From Promethearchaeota archaeon (lineage in GTDB: Archaea; Asgardarchaeota; Thorarchaeia; Thorarchaeales; Thorarchaeaceae), in assembly GCA_048939765.1 (NCBI GenBank), contig JBHLPF010000006.1, forward strand, positions 31,831 to 95,830: a stretch of DNA of 64,000 bases. The letters are read 5' to 3'. Below, one piece after another: positions 44,879 to 54,940 of the stretch (position 1 is its first letter; the number at the start of each line of letters is the position of its first letter). Both the position numbers and the translations under genes were made by a program. The notes beneath the pieces are model-generated. The model saw only the letters and a list, made by a program, of their open reading frames with translations. It ran no database searches and was not told the DNA's origin.

Positions 44879-46957
44879 TCATATATCAGGTGAGAGGGCA
44901 AGGAGTGCGTCACTGGCACTACCAGATTTACTGACCTCTATGACAGGAACACCCTCCCAGCCTCTTACATCAGTGTGTGTTATGAGAAAGATCTGTTCGA
45001 AACTTTCATCACCTACTAAGTTCTTGACAACAGAGAGTCTTCTTTCACTGTCCAAGCCTCCTAGAGGTTCATCGAGAAGGACACTTCTGACACGTGGTGC
45101 AATGGCGGGACTATCCTTGAACGGCCTTATGCTGCTCATAGTTCTGCTTATTCCGAGTCGCAGACCAAGGCTTATAGCTGTTCGATCACCAAAGCTCAAT
45201 TGGGCTGTCCTTTTCTTCGCCTTGTCGCGCTCATCCCAGATTCTGAGAAGCAAGCCAGCACCACCACGTCCCTTTGCAGCAGTTGGTTCGAGGTCAATCG
45301 ATGTATACTGACCGTTGGTGAATGCATCTACATACTGATTGGTGGCTTTCCTGATGATTCCAATCAATCTCTTTTGAAAGACATAATCTGAAATGAATCC
45401 GCTAACTAGTTTCCGCCGCACATATCTTGTGTGCTCCTTGAGATCCTCCAAGGATTCTATCTCAGCACCTAGCTCTCTCATCTTGACTACTGTCGCTTCT
45501 AATTCTTTGACTTGACTCTTGTCTTTCTCGATTCGTTTGATGGTGGAATCTATGTGAGTTTTGTTCGAAATAAGGGTCTTACTTAGCGTTTGAATATAGG
45601 TCTGAAGATCAACTATGTCCTTGACCTTGTGCTTCTTCAGTAGCTTCTCAACGCTGTCGACCTCCATCTTCTCAAGAACCACACCAAGCTTTTTCGCTAT
45701 ATCTTCAACTTCTCTCCCAAGGTCTTCAACTTCTGCCTGTTGCTCGGCCAGGCGTTTTGCCGCATCAAGTGCACGATGAATTGCCCTTAGTCTATCATCA
45801 ATTTCCTTGATCTCAGTTGGGACAGCATCCAGGTCTTTCTCAAGTTCTCCAATCTTTGCCTTATGAACAGCTGCGATCTCCCTATATTCTGCAACTACAC
45901 GCTTGCAATCATGATCCGAAAGCGGCTGGTTGCATGTCGGGCAGATGCCTTCTTTGCCTTCCAGTAACGAAGTCTTGTCCTCAAGGTCTCTTATCAGTCC
46001 CTCATATGCTCCGATGTTTCTCTCAATGCCAAAAGACTTCTCGACGACATCTTCTTTTTCTTTTTCTAGGCGGGCACCTTCATTCTTGAGTGAGTCTAGA
46101 CGCGCACGAATAATCCTAGAGTCAGTACCGACGATTCCTGCCAAACGTAATTCCTTATCTCGGCTTCGTATACTCCTATCATGGTCTTGCTCTTTCAGTC
46201 TGAGCTCTTCCAGAATGGCACTCGCTCTCTTGAGGTCCTTGGGACTTGGCAGTTTCTCAAGGTCCTTCTCAGCCTTTTTGCTCTCCTCCTGTACTATCGT
46301 GAGCTCTTTCTCGTCTATGTCGATACGTTCCTCAATGGACTCTATCTGTTCACGAATATGTTCTGGAACTCGATATTCTTCCTTTTTCACATCTATTTGT
46401 GTTGTAAGATTCCGTTCCAGATTCTCAAGCTGCTTTGTCATCTCACCGAGCAGCTCAATGTTATAGACCTTGACAAGCAGGTCTCTGAGCACTGATGGTG
46501 TTGCATTTGCAATCAAAGCAACTTCGCCCTGCCGAACTAGCAGTGTCTGTAATGCCTGTTGGGGTTCCAGATTGAGGATTTCATCCATCATTCTACCTAC
46601 AGTCATACTCTTATCCGCTATTCTCTTCCATTTTCCTTTCTTTTCTTCTGATAGAACTACCGACATCCCTTTCGCAGGGTCATAGGACCGATTGATTTCA
46701 TAGCGTGTGCCTGCGACTTCAAACTCAAGTCGCACCTCACAGAATGATGACGCGAAATTGATTAGCTCATCATTGGTTGGCTCAACTGCGACTGATCCCC
46801 ACAAAGCCCAAAGAATAGCCTCGAATAGTGAAGATTTGCCAGTGGAATTTGGGCCTCTCACAATAATCAGCCCACCGGGTAACTCATCATCAGTCTCTGG
46901 GAGAGTGAGCTTCCGGAATGGTTTGAAGTTCTGAAGCTCCAATCGAATGATCTTCAA
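44879..46957 (-). CDS. rad50: Rad50/SbcC ATPase
   Basis: GPNSTGKSS, Q-loop VRQGE, zinc hook CPTC, signature LSFGD, LLDEP..GLD, ITH. Confidence 0.92.
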   Translation of the reverse strand: MKIIRLELQNFKPFRKLTLPETDDELPGGLIIVRGPNSTGKSSLFEAILWALWGSVAVEPTNDELINFASSFCEVRLEFEVAGTRYEINRSYDPAKGMSVVLSEEKKGKWKRIADKSMTVGRMMDEILNLEPQQALQTLLVRQGEVALIANATPSVLRDLLVKVYNIELLGEMTKQLENLERNLTTQIDVKKEEYRVPEHIREQIESIEERIDIDEKELTIVQEESKKAEKDLEKLPSPKDLKRASAILEELRLKEQDHDRSIRSRDKELRLAGIVGTDSRIIRARLDSLKNEGARLEKEKEDVVEKSFGIERNIGAYEGLIRDLEDKTSLLEGKEGICPTCNQPLSDHDCKRVVAEYREIAAVHKAKIGELEKDLDAVPTEIKEIDDRLRAIHRALDAAKRLAEQQAEVEDLGREVEDIAKKLGVVLEKMEVDSVEKLLKKHKVKDIVDLQTYIQTLSKTLISNKTHIDSTIKRIEKDKSQVKELEATVVKMRELGAEIESLEDLKEHTRYVRRKLVSGFISDYVFQKRLIGIIRKATNQYVDAFTNGQYTSIDLEPTAAKGRGGAGLLLRIWDERDKAKKRTAQLSFGDRTAISLGLRLGISRTMSSIRPFKDSPAIAPRVRSVLLDEPLGGLDSERRLSVVKNLVGDESFEQIFLITHTDVRGWEGVPVIEVSKSGSASDALLALSPDI

Positions 46958-48261
46958 TCCTCTCCCTCCGACAGATTCTCTAGTGTTAGACTCTCATCGC
47001 TGCGGAGAACAGAGATTCTTAGCGCCTCTACTGCGATCTTGGTCAGGGTTTCTTCTCTGTACTTCTCATCAACTTCAAGTGTTCTCAAATAGGCACGGAA
47101 GTCCTCCTCAGGATCTTCAATCAGGAATTCCGATTCAATCTCAGGATATGCTGAAGGACTGTGGTCGGTTTCTGCCTGACGTATCTCCCATACAAACTGG
47201 GCAATATTGTACTCTGATTCAACTGCAAGGATTTTGGCTCTCAAAGCCTCCAAAGCCATAGTTAGCTCAAAGCCACTGACACGAGGCGCCTTGCCCTCTA
47301 ACCTCAGCCGTATCCTGCTTGCAGTAGATGGCTCCCAAGGCCCTTTCATTCCCTTGGCTTCCAGCCAGTCCGTTACCTTCTCTATCACTGTTGATTCAGT
47401 GTCATCAGGGTCTATGTCGATCTTCTCGCTGAATACAGGTCTTTCAAATTCCAAGACGATCGGTGTGACTTTCGGATCTTCGCCTAGCTCTAAATCCACA
47501 ATCAAGAATCCCTTCTCATGGCGAATCTCATCAAATCTCCATCGTTCTGGGGACCCTGCATACCAAGCCTTCTTTGCATGTTTGTGTTGGTGATGGTCAT
47601 GGCCCAGTGCGATGTAGTCATAATTCATCTCAAAAATAGCTGTGTATAATGACTTATCGATATCCATGCCGTGGGCCACACCTACAGATATCTTTGAAGA
47701 GCTTGGAGCCTGATACGAGGATATCCAACTAGTGAAGTCACTAAGAAGTCCCTGAGACGCGAGAACTGCATGGTCCATGAATGGAATGCAAAAGACTTCC
47801 AGATTATCATATGAAAAGACAAGTGGCTTGCCTTCAGCAAAGGCCCGCTTCAGATCAACCTGAGTCGCTACATTCAATCCTGGTACAGCCATCTTCAGTG
47901 TATCAAGCAAAGAAACATCCAGTGATCGATAGAGGCCATGATTCCCTTCCAAGATCAACACCGGGATTCCGGTTTTCTCAATGAATTCTTTGAGTACTCT
48001 CATGGCTGTTTCCTGAGCCACGACAGGAGGCTGTGAGGGATTGTGCTCCCATGGTGAGTTATAGAGGTCTCCTGAATGAATCACTAATTCTACCGGAGGA
48101 GACATCTCAGATATCCTATCGAACAGCTCAGCAAACCGTTCGTAGAAGTCATTCTCCAGAAGACGGCTTCGCATCTCCTCACCCCAGACATTATGCTTGA
48201 CACCCTGGCGTGGTCTCGCGCCAAGGTGAGTGTCAGAGATGTGTGCGATGCGAACTGTCAT
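46954..48261 (-). CDS. mre11: Mre11 nuclease
   Basis: SDTHLG, SGDLY, GNHG, AHG, ALGHDH, YAGSPE, EKGF. Confidence 0.92.
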   Translation of the reverse strand: MTVRIAHISDTHLGARPRQGVKHNVWGEEMRSRLLENDFYERFAELFDRISEMSPPVELVIHSGDLYNSPWEHNPSQPPVVAQETAMRVLKEFIEKTGIPVLILEGNHGLYRSLDVSLLDTLKMAVPGLNVATQVDLKRAFAEGKPLVFSYDNLEVFCIPFMDHAVLASQGLLSDFTSWISSYQAPSSSKISVGVAHGMDIDKSLYTAIFEMNYDYIALGHDHHQHKHAKKAWYAGSPERWRFDEIRHEKGFLIVDLELGEDPKVTPIVLEFERPVFSEKIDIDPDDTESTVIEKVTDWLEAKGMKGPWEPSTASRIRLRLEGKAPRVSGFELTMALEALRAKILAVESEYNIAQFVWEIRQAETDHSPSAYPEIESEFLIEDPEEDFRAYLRTLEVDEKYREETLTKIAVEALRISVLRSDESLTLENLSEGED

Positions 48262-48271
48262 TATTCGTTCC

Positions 48272-50026
48272 TCAAAGCGTACGCTCCTTTTTCGGAGAGC
48301 CCTTTCCTTTGTACCTTCCCTTGTCGCGTTCGAAGACTGTATCAAACAGCGGTATCTTAACTGGCAATGGCATTTCTCTGTACGATGCAGTTAGGATTCC
48401 TTCACCACGGGACATGACCCTGAACTCATTCTCAAATCCGGATATGTTGACACTTGCGTTCTCAATACAGGCCCTTATCTCACGCTCATTTCCCAAGCGG
48501 AGATTGATTTCTGTGTTCATCTGACTCAGAATTACATTATCAAGTACACTGACCTGTTGACTCACCACGAGGAGACCCATGTTGAACTTGCGCCCCTGTC
48601 GCGATATGTCCTTGAATACTGATTGTCCACGCATTAGTTCAGGATTGAGAATTGTCGGTGCTTCTTCAACTGTGACGAGAATCACAGGAAGATCACGAGG
48701 GTCCCTCACAGGCGATTCATCGCCAACACCTTCTTTGCCGTAGAATGATTTCGCTTGGGCTTTCGTCTTTGCAAAGAATGGTCTTGGCAGCCGCATTTCA
48801 CCTTGTCGCAAGAAGTCCCCAATGTTCCCACTACTCTTTAGTGCGCGCCTCATGTCTGAAAGAGTTCTGGTCACTATTGTCGTAAGCAGGAATTGCTCCA
48901 TATCTCTCATGAGACTGGTGTTCACCACCAAAATCCGTCCGGTCTCCATGGCCTCAAAGATGTCGCCAAGGATGGAACTTCCGCTCTCAACGAAGATGGG
49001 AGACCTCTCAAGAAAGCGGAGTCTTCGCTGAACTGCATTAAGCGTTCCTTTGGGTGTTCCCTCAGGATCCTCATTCATCGCAAGTATCTCCCTCACCCAG
49101 TTCTCATGGTGTCGATTGAATTGAGCATCAATGAATGAGTACATCTGGGGAGTGAATTCCATTATCGAGTAGAGGTCTCGAGGACGAATCTCCTCCCACA
49201 GCACACGAATCTCCTTGGCGTATCGTTTGATCTCTCGAGGAGTGGCTTTCATGTGAGTTGTAAGATAGTAAAAGTCACTGATGACAGCGGTCCTGGTTGA
49301 CGGGTCCATCGCCTCAATCACGTTCTGGATTCCATACTTGTCTACACCCTTCGCGAACTCATCATGTGGGTCTATGCAGAATGCGGATACCCTGGGATGC
49401 TCACTGTCAGGTTCGCGGAGATGATCCAAGTTGGAGTCGATTATTGATTTGATTAGAACCATCATCAGGTTGCTCTTGCCAGAACCTGTCGAGCCAAAAA
49501 TGCCAACATGCATTGGCAGGAATTTTGCAGGAATCATTACTGGAACATCTAGAGTTGCCTCTCCAATCTGAAGGTCTCCAACACGGACATTTCCATCTGT
49601 CTGTGAATCCAGCATTTCTCTGACAGGCTTGTCCGATGTGCCTGGAATTGGTCGATAGACATTTGCTAGATGGTCTGGAAGTCGTCTAGGGGACATGAAC
49701 CGCCAGCCGTCCCCTTTTTCCTCAGCGTAGCCTAGCATCCTTCCATCCACCGAGAGGAGCATGTTTCTCTCAATTCCAGACAGATATGAATCGCCCTCTA
49801 CCATCAACGTGCCAGCGACCCTAGCCATGTCATCGATTTGTCTGAGGTAGTTCTCCAGTCCAAGCACTCTGAAGAAGAAGACACGTTCGTGACCATCTCT
49901 CTGTGAGTATATCATGAAGATTTCGCCTACGCTTATGTCACGGTTGGTTCCCATAATACCTAGCATGCTCTGATTGCCCATGCCCACCTTTCCGAAGAGT
50001 TCACCAAGATTCTCTCTGTCCAACAT
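48272..50026 (-). CDS. herA: HerA DNA translocase/helicase
   Basis: HAS barrel N-terminus, HVGIFGSTGSGKSN, IDPHDE, VEEA, RQGRKFNMGL.VVSQQ, SQMNT. Confidence 0.92.
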   Translation of the reverse strand: MLDRENLGELFGKVGMGNQSMLGIMGTNRDISVGEIFMIYSQRDGHERVFFFRVLGLENYLRQIDDMARVAGTLMVEGDSYLSGIERNMLLSVDGRMLGYAEEKGDGWRFMSPRRLPDHLANVYRPIPGTSDKPVREMLDSQTDGNVRVGDLQIGEATLDVPVMIPAKFLPMHVGIFGSTGSGKSNLMMVLIKSIIDSNLDHLREPDSEHPRVSAFCIDPHDEFAKGVDKYGIQNVIEAMDPSTRTAVISDFYYLTTHMKATPREIKRYAKEIRVLWEEIRPRDLYSIMEFTPQMYSFIDAQFNRHHENWVREILAMNEDPEGTPKGTLNAVQRRLRFLERSPIFVESGSSILGDIFEAMETGRILVVNTSLMRDMEQFLLTTIVTRTLSDMRRALKSSGNIGDFLRQGEMRLPRPFFAKTKAQAKSFYGKEGVGDESPVRDPRDLPVILVTVEEAPTILNPELMRGQSVFKDISRQGRKFNMGLLVVSQQVSVLDNVILSQMNTEINLRLGNEREIRACIENASVNISGFENEFRVMSRGEGILTASYREMPLPVKIPLFDTVFERDKGRYKGKGSPKKERTL

Positions 50027-50043
50027 AGTTCTCCACCTCATTT

Positions 50044-51336
50044 TCATAGGTTATAGTCTGCTCTCAGTGGCTCAGTCTTTCTTGATTCCAGACCAATTTC
50101 ATGCCGAACATCTTTGCATATCTCTCGAGCAAGCCTCAAATCCTCATAACTAAGCTTGCAAGCCTCGTGGGCAAGTGCCAGAGGGACAGGATAACCATAC
50201 CATCGCGCATCACGTGACATGAACTCAATGTCGCGAAAGAGGGCCTTCTCATTCTGTCTCGTAGCCACTGGATCGCTTCTTACAAACACATTCTCGAGCC
50301 ACCAGACTCTATCAAAGTCAATTCGTGAGGGTCGATTATCCTGGGAGAAGCTGAAGAGATAGGGAACGGCTAATCGTGGAGGAATATAGGTTCGGTCTTG
50401 GGTGATATGAAGGCCTCCGCCGGGATCATCTCCGCATGGTAATTGACAGAACCACTTGGCACCATTTCCAAAGATGTCTTGTGCCATCTTTGCAATACGA
50501 TGCGCAAAGGGGATTGTGTGGTTCTTACTCACAGCACATAGGACGACACCTTCCTTACTTGCCAGTGATGCTAGTTCACGAAGCATGAACCCACTTGGCA
50601 TTGAGGGATATTTCTTCACGAAGTGCATGAAAATAGAAAGTGCACCATCGAGAAACAGATACTTGGGACGGATGTCACTGGTCAGCACGTTTCTTGCAGC
50701 TGCATATTCTGATACCTTGCGTAATTCGTCATGAACCACCGGATTTGTGAGCATCTGTGCTCTTGAAATCAAGGTCTCCATCTCTCTGAGTTCTGGAAGA
50801 TGCTTTTCGAAATCGGTTCCCGTGAAGTCAGATATTGAAGAAATAGCACCCTTTGTATCGTCTCTGAAGAATGGCAGAATGATGTCAACCACATCCTTTA
50901 GAGCGTAGATTGATTCGATGGTTTCAGCCATTTTCCTCTGGGCGTCATTTCTAACTCCGGAGTGCCAGTGAACATCGAGATGCGGTTGGCCTCCAAGTCG
51001 CTTTTCCAAAGCTTCAGTGCTAATCGGGTCAAACATCTTTTCAGATCTAGTATTGGTGTCTAGAACAACTGTTGCAGTACTCAACAAGTGGACCCTGATA
51101 TCATCTAGAAGCATCAAATTATCCGTGCCAGATCCATCCACTGCAGCTATGAGAAAGTCATCTTCAAGAATAGTGTCAGAGGGGTATGGATCGACAACAT
51201 CTAGTAGTTCGTCTTTGATTCGGACCTCATCCTTGGAGAATTCCTCTGCATCACGCCGGTCTTGTTGATTGTCTATATCTGCAAATACCAGCTTCAGAAT
51301 CTCCCTGAACCTGTCAGTAAGTATCTTCTCTAGCAT
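50044..51336 (-). CDS. nurA: NurA 5'-3' nuclease
   Basis: AAVDGS, E..E, FLDGAL, AVSK, GYPVPLALAHE; operon context. Confidence 0.88.
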   Translation of the reverse strand: MLEKILTDRFREILKLVFADIDNQQDRRDAEEFSKDEVRIKDELLDVVDPYPSDTILEDDFLIAAVDGSGTDNLMLLDDIRVHLLSTATVVLDTNTRSEKMFDPISTEALEKRLGGQPHLDVHWHSGVRNDAQRKMAETIESIYALKDVVDIILPFFRDDTKGAISSISDFTGTDFEKHLPELREMETLISRAQMLTNPVVHDELRKVSEYAAARNVLTSDIRPKYLFLDGALSIFMHFVKKYPSMPSGFMLRELASLASKEGVVLCAVSKNHTIPFAHRIAKMAQDIFGNGAKWFCQLPCGDDPGGGLHITQDRTYIPPRLAVPYLFSFSQDNRPSRIDFDRVWWLENVFVRSDPVATRQNEKALFRDIEFMSRDARWYGYPVPLALAHEACKLSYEDLRLAREICKDVRHEIGLESRKTEPLRADYNL

Positions 51337-51446
51337 AGGACCCTCTCTCAGTTAGCCAAATAGTGAACCTATGTCATCTTCAAAAGATTCTCTTGCCCGA
51401 GTCATAAAAACATAGCACTCGGCCCAAGTGAGAATGATTTGATTCA

Positions 51447-51758
51447 CTACTGAGAGCTTCTGTAAGTCTTGAATCCGTAGTAGACTCCAAAGAAACCTAT
51501 AGTCAATGCTAGAATGATGATTGCTATGTCCAAGATGCCAAGAATGACAATCCCGGCTATTAGTTCCAAGGATATATACCATGTAAGTGGTGTCGTTGGA
51601 ATCATTATCCCTATGATGATTATGCCCAATCCAATTCGATGTGCACGAAGAACTAGAGTCTCCCTCTCTCTGTAGCCAATGGCAACCAGCAATATGCCAA
51701 TCAAAAACCCCAAGGCTAGTAAAGCGGGTATGTTTACGCTAAACATTTGTACCTGCAA
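51447..51758 (-). CDS. small 3-TM membrane protein
   Basis: Three hydrophobic segments in a clean ORF. Confidence 0.6.
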   Translation of the reverse strand: MQVQMFSVNIPALLALGFLIGILLVAIGYRERETLVLRAHRIGLGIIIIGIMIPTTPLTWYISLELIAGIVILGILDIAIIILALTIGFFGVYYGFKTYRSSQ

Positions 51759-51934
51759 TGTTTAATGCAACCACTCCTAACAATCAATTTGCCGTCAAAC
51801 CGAAGAGTCCCCTTCGATTTAGACATTTGCGCCCCTTCCTCTGAGATTCTCTTAAAAGGAACTGAAACTACGATTTTTTGACCGCAAGGATTCTGGCAAG
51901 TTGGCGACCAAGCGGAACTACGGGAAGTGGTCCA

Positions 51935-52651
51935 GTGCTCAAGATAGCATACTTTGGAAAGACATCATTCGCATTGGAAACACAGGAAACAACGGTTCTC
52001 CTGAATCCAGGAACATGGGACGGAGAGTCAGTTGTCCCGGAAGATTTTGACTGCCGAGTCATCATTGCGACAAACCAAGAAGATGATGCACTAGGAAACG
52101 CTGCAGAGATCGCTATGAACTCAAAGGCGTGGATTCTCGGTAACGAAGCCACAATAGAGAGAGCCCGTGAAAAGGGTGCAAAGGCCTGGCTCCTGCACAC
52201 TCTCAAGCCCGAGGTCCCTTATGAGATTCCGGGTCTGAAAGTAACACCGTTTCCTCTTCAGAAACGGAGTGTGGAAACAGGCGAGATAATTGAGAATCTG
52301 GGTCTTCATATCGAGATGTCGAATATGAAAGTGTCATATCTTGGGGATAGTCTGGTACGTGGCCCTTTTGGACAGCTGGAGACTAATGTAATGATTGTAC
52401 CAGTCGGAGGCGAACATGCATTTGCTGTTAAGGATGCAGTCAGTCTTTGTATTGATGCAATTCCCCAAGTCGGTATCCCTGTCAGATGGACCTCGGAGGA
52501 CCAACCCAAGAAGTTCGCCAAGTATATCGAACAGTTTGGGCAAAAGACTACTCCTCTCCTGATGGAAGCAGGACAGACACTAGAAGTGCAGTGGGCTGCC
52601 GGTAATGAATTCAGGCATTCAGTCAGTTCCATGTCAGCTGAGCCAGAATAG
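51935..52651 (+). CDS. metallo-beta-lactamase-fold protein (UPF0173-like), metal ligands degenerate
   Basis: KIAYFGKTSF, LLNP, IIATNQEDDALG (at the THxHxDH position), YLGDS, VPVGG, GIPVRW. Confidence 0.75.
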   Translation: MLKIAYFGKTSFALETQETTVLLNPGTWDGESVVPEDFDCRVIIATNQEDDALGNAAEIAMNSKAWILGNEATIERAREKGAKAWLLHTLKPEVPYEIPGLKVTPFPLQKRSVETGEIIENLGLHIEMSNMKVSYLGDSLVRGPFGQLETNVMIVPVGGEHAFAVKDAVSLCIDAIPQVGIPVRWTSEDQPKKFAKYIEQFGQKTTPLLMEAGQTLEVQWAAGNEFRHSVSSMSAEPE

Positions 52652-52663
52652 TCACCCGGGAGG

Positions 52664-54484
52664 GTGATTAGAGACAAAATGGGTGAGTTCCAATTGAGTG
52701 AACACAAAACTGTCGTAATTGACTTAGAGGAAACCGAAAAGGCGGCTATCGGCGAGCGTAGTCGTCTACAGAACGCCGAAGCCAGAGGGGTCCTATCCGT
52801 CAACAATGTTTCAGATAGATCACGAATCTGGAATGTCCGTGTGCTTCTTGAAGGAAGCGGCGGAGGTACAAGCTTCTCTGAAGAATCGATACCGGCAGGC
52901 GAGGTCGATGCTGGTGCCAAGTGGGAGACTGACTACACAGTCGATATCAAGAAGCCAATTCTTACTCTCACAGAGAGGTTTGATACCTGTGGCACGGTAG
53001 CTACTGACGAACCTCACTGGGCGTATGTATACGGAAAGGAGAATCCCGTCAAAATCACAATCACAGTGAAGAATGAAACAGATGGGCAGCTTGACAATAT
53101 CGTTCTCAATAAGACCATTCCACCTGAGCTCACAATGGTGAACGTTGATTCCACAAGCTCAGGGGTCACAGAGTTCGATGAAGGAACACGGACAATCATA
53201 TGGAAGGATTTCGTCGTTTATCCCAGGGAGGAATCGATACTTATCATTTCAGCTACTGGGAGTGTTGATGACACTGAGATTAAGAGCGCTGGCGAGATAG
53301 TAGTCACGTATAGAGGTGAAGATCAGCAGAGGTCCGGCCTTACTCCTGATATGACTGCACTGACCGAGTTTCTAACAGGTATCGAAACGGCCGAAACAGA
53401 ACCCAATCAATGGGAGTGCATTTTGGAATGCTCCAATGAGAGCGACCTGATGGTTCGCCTAGATAAGGCAGAGGTCTATCTCACACCTGAGGATGGGGGA
53501 GAGAAGCAGAAGATGATTGATGAGTCTCCTAGAAGGGAGATGTCCCCAAATCAAGACTGGAGCTCGAAATTTGAAATTGGCAGCAAGTCGCCGCCCAAAT
53601 GCACCCAAGAAGTGGTCTACACTCCAATGAGAGTCATCAGAAGACGGGTCCTTGGAACAGTTGAGAAGACTCCACAGGAATTGCCTGTTGTACACATTGA
53701 CTATACTAAGGAGTTCGACCCTCCTGAAGTCAGCAGTTTCGACAAGACTCCAGTGGAGGTAACTATCGAGGTGAAGAATGTCGGAACCGCTCGCCTCAAC
53801 TCATTTCTTATTCATGAAAGGTTGCCTGATGATGTGATGCCTCCTAAGCCAGAACATGTTACAGTCTGGGTGAGAGGCGAAGAATATAGCGGCGAATTCG
53901 AAGTGTCTGTAGATCCTGATGATCAGAATCCCGAAGTTCCACATAAGATGACCTTCAAGATTCTCAATCTCAAGGACTCAGTGGGTGAGGTGGAGCCCGG
54001 CGATTCAGTCAAGATCAACTATGCCATTATGGCATGGAAAAACAGGCCTGAGAAGGAGTATCCATCTCCCATTCACTGTGAAGTACACACATATCCTGAG
54101 GGTCTTGCTGGAGAGGCTGCAAGTGCAGAGGATGGCCATAGAATTGGTATTCTCTATAAGAAGAGAAGCATCTCGACAAAGAAAGGTATCAACAAAGGTT
54201 CAGATCCGGGTCAATACATAGTGGTTCTTGTAATAGAGAACAAGGGCGAGGTGACTGTAGAGAACGTTGAGGTGACCGACTGGATTCCTGCCGGTTTCGA
54301 ATACGTGTCAGCTGAGCCAATGGAAGAAGCACCTATTGAGAAGCCTATTGACGATGGCACCAATCTGGTCTGGACATGGACTAGAATGAATCCTGGTGAC
54401 AAGAAGAAAATCAACGTTTCAGTGCAGGCTGGCGAAGACGCTGGTGAATATGAGCGTCGTGAGCCACAGGTGACATCAGACTAG
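52664..54484 (+). CDS. acidic cytoplasmic multi-beta-sandwich protein with mu-homology-domain (adaptin mu/delta-COP)-like N-terminal region and DUF11-like repeats
   Basis: VVIDLEETE...LQNAEARGVLSV, LDNIVL...IP...G...FD...TIIW, IVVTY...SGL; repeated V.N.G...V.D..P modules. No signal peptide or TM. Confidence 0.6.
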   Translation: MIRDKMGEFQLSEHKTVVIDLEETEKAAIGERSRLQNAEARGVLSVNNVSDRSRIWNVRVLLEGSGGGTSFSEESIPAGEVDAGAKWETDYTVDIKKPILTLTERFDTCGTVATDEPHWAYVYGKENPVKITITVKNETDGQLDNIVLNKTIPPELTMVNVDSTSSGVTEFDEGTRTIIWKDFVVYPREESILIISATGSVDDTEIKSAGEIVVTYRGEDQQRSGLTPDMTALTEFLTGIETAETEPNQWECILECSNESDLMVRLDKAEVYLTPEDGGEKQKMIDESPRREMSPNQDWSSKFEIGSKSPPKCTQEVVYTPMRVIRRRVLGTVEKTPQELPVVHIDYTKEFDPPEVSSFDKTPVEVTIEVKNVGTARLNSFLIHERLPDDVMPPKPEHVTVWVRGEEYSGEFEVSVDPDDQNPEVPHKMTFKILNLKDSVGEVEPGDSVKINYAIMAWKNRPEKEYPSPIHCEVHTYPEGLAGEAASAEDGHRIGILYKKRSISTKKGINKGSDPGQYIVVLVIENKGEVTVENVEVTDWIPAGFEYVSAEPMEEAPIEKPIDDGTNLVWTWTRMNPGDKKKINVSVQAGEDAGEYERREPQVTSD

Positions 54485-54502
54485 AACTCACCCACCCTCC
54501 CG

Positions 54503-54533
54503 CTAGGCTGGGGGTCATGAACCCCCTGCCTAG
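54503..54533. terminator. GC-rich hairpin between convergent genes
   Basis: CTAGGC-T-GGGGGT-CATGA-ACCCCC-T-GCCTAG. Confidence 0.6.
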
Positions 54534-54537
54534 TAGA

Positions 54538-54879
54538 TCACTCTACTTCTTTTTCAATCTCTTCTAGCTCCTTGCGGGTTGCGTCTAGCTCCTCGTCTAT
54601 GTCAGATAGCGGGATGTATTCGCTTTCATCCTTTAGAAACGTGTCAAGCGTATAGAAGACATGAAACCCGGATAGTGCCTTGTGCAACGCATCTGCAATT
54701 TCGAGAATCGACTCACTGAGGTCGGACTCGCTCATGTCATTCTGCTCGTGCTCATAAACAAAATCGTACGCTCCACGAACAGGAATGAATCCCAACTCAA
54801 GCATCTTCTTGATCACAATGCTCGGGGATGCTCCTTCACTATTGAACCAGACTGAAACTTTCGTCACATATTCAGACAT
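54538..54879 (-). CDS. hypothetical protein (archaeal-type small alpha/beta protein with acidic tail)
   Basis: WFNSEGASPS, LGF.PVRG.YDFVY, LHKALSG. Confidence 0.7.
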   Translation of the reverse strand: MSEYVTKVSVWFNSEGASPSIVIKKMLELGFIPVRGAYDFVYEHEQNDMSESDLSESILEIADALHKALSGFHVFYTLDTFLKDESEYIPLSDIDEELDATRKELEEIEKEVE

Positions 54880-54940
54880 CGATACGACCCCGTCACTTCA
54901 GAATGGAACGAACCGCAACTATGTTTCTCTTAAGGGTTTT

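Noticed and set aside
44879-51336. HerA/NurA/SMC-like cluster as a novel defence system
   Set aside because: Gene set and motifs match the standard archaeal nurA-herA-mre11-rad50 repair operon.
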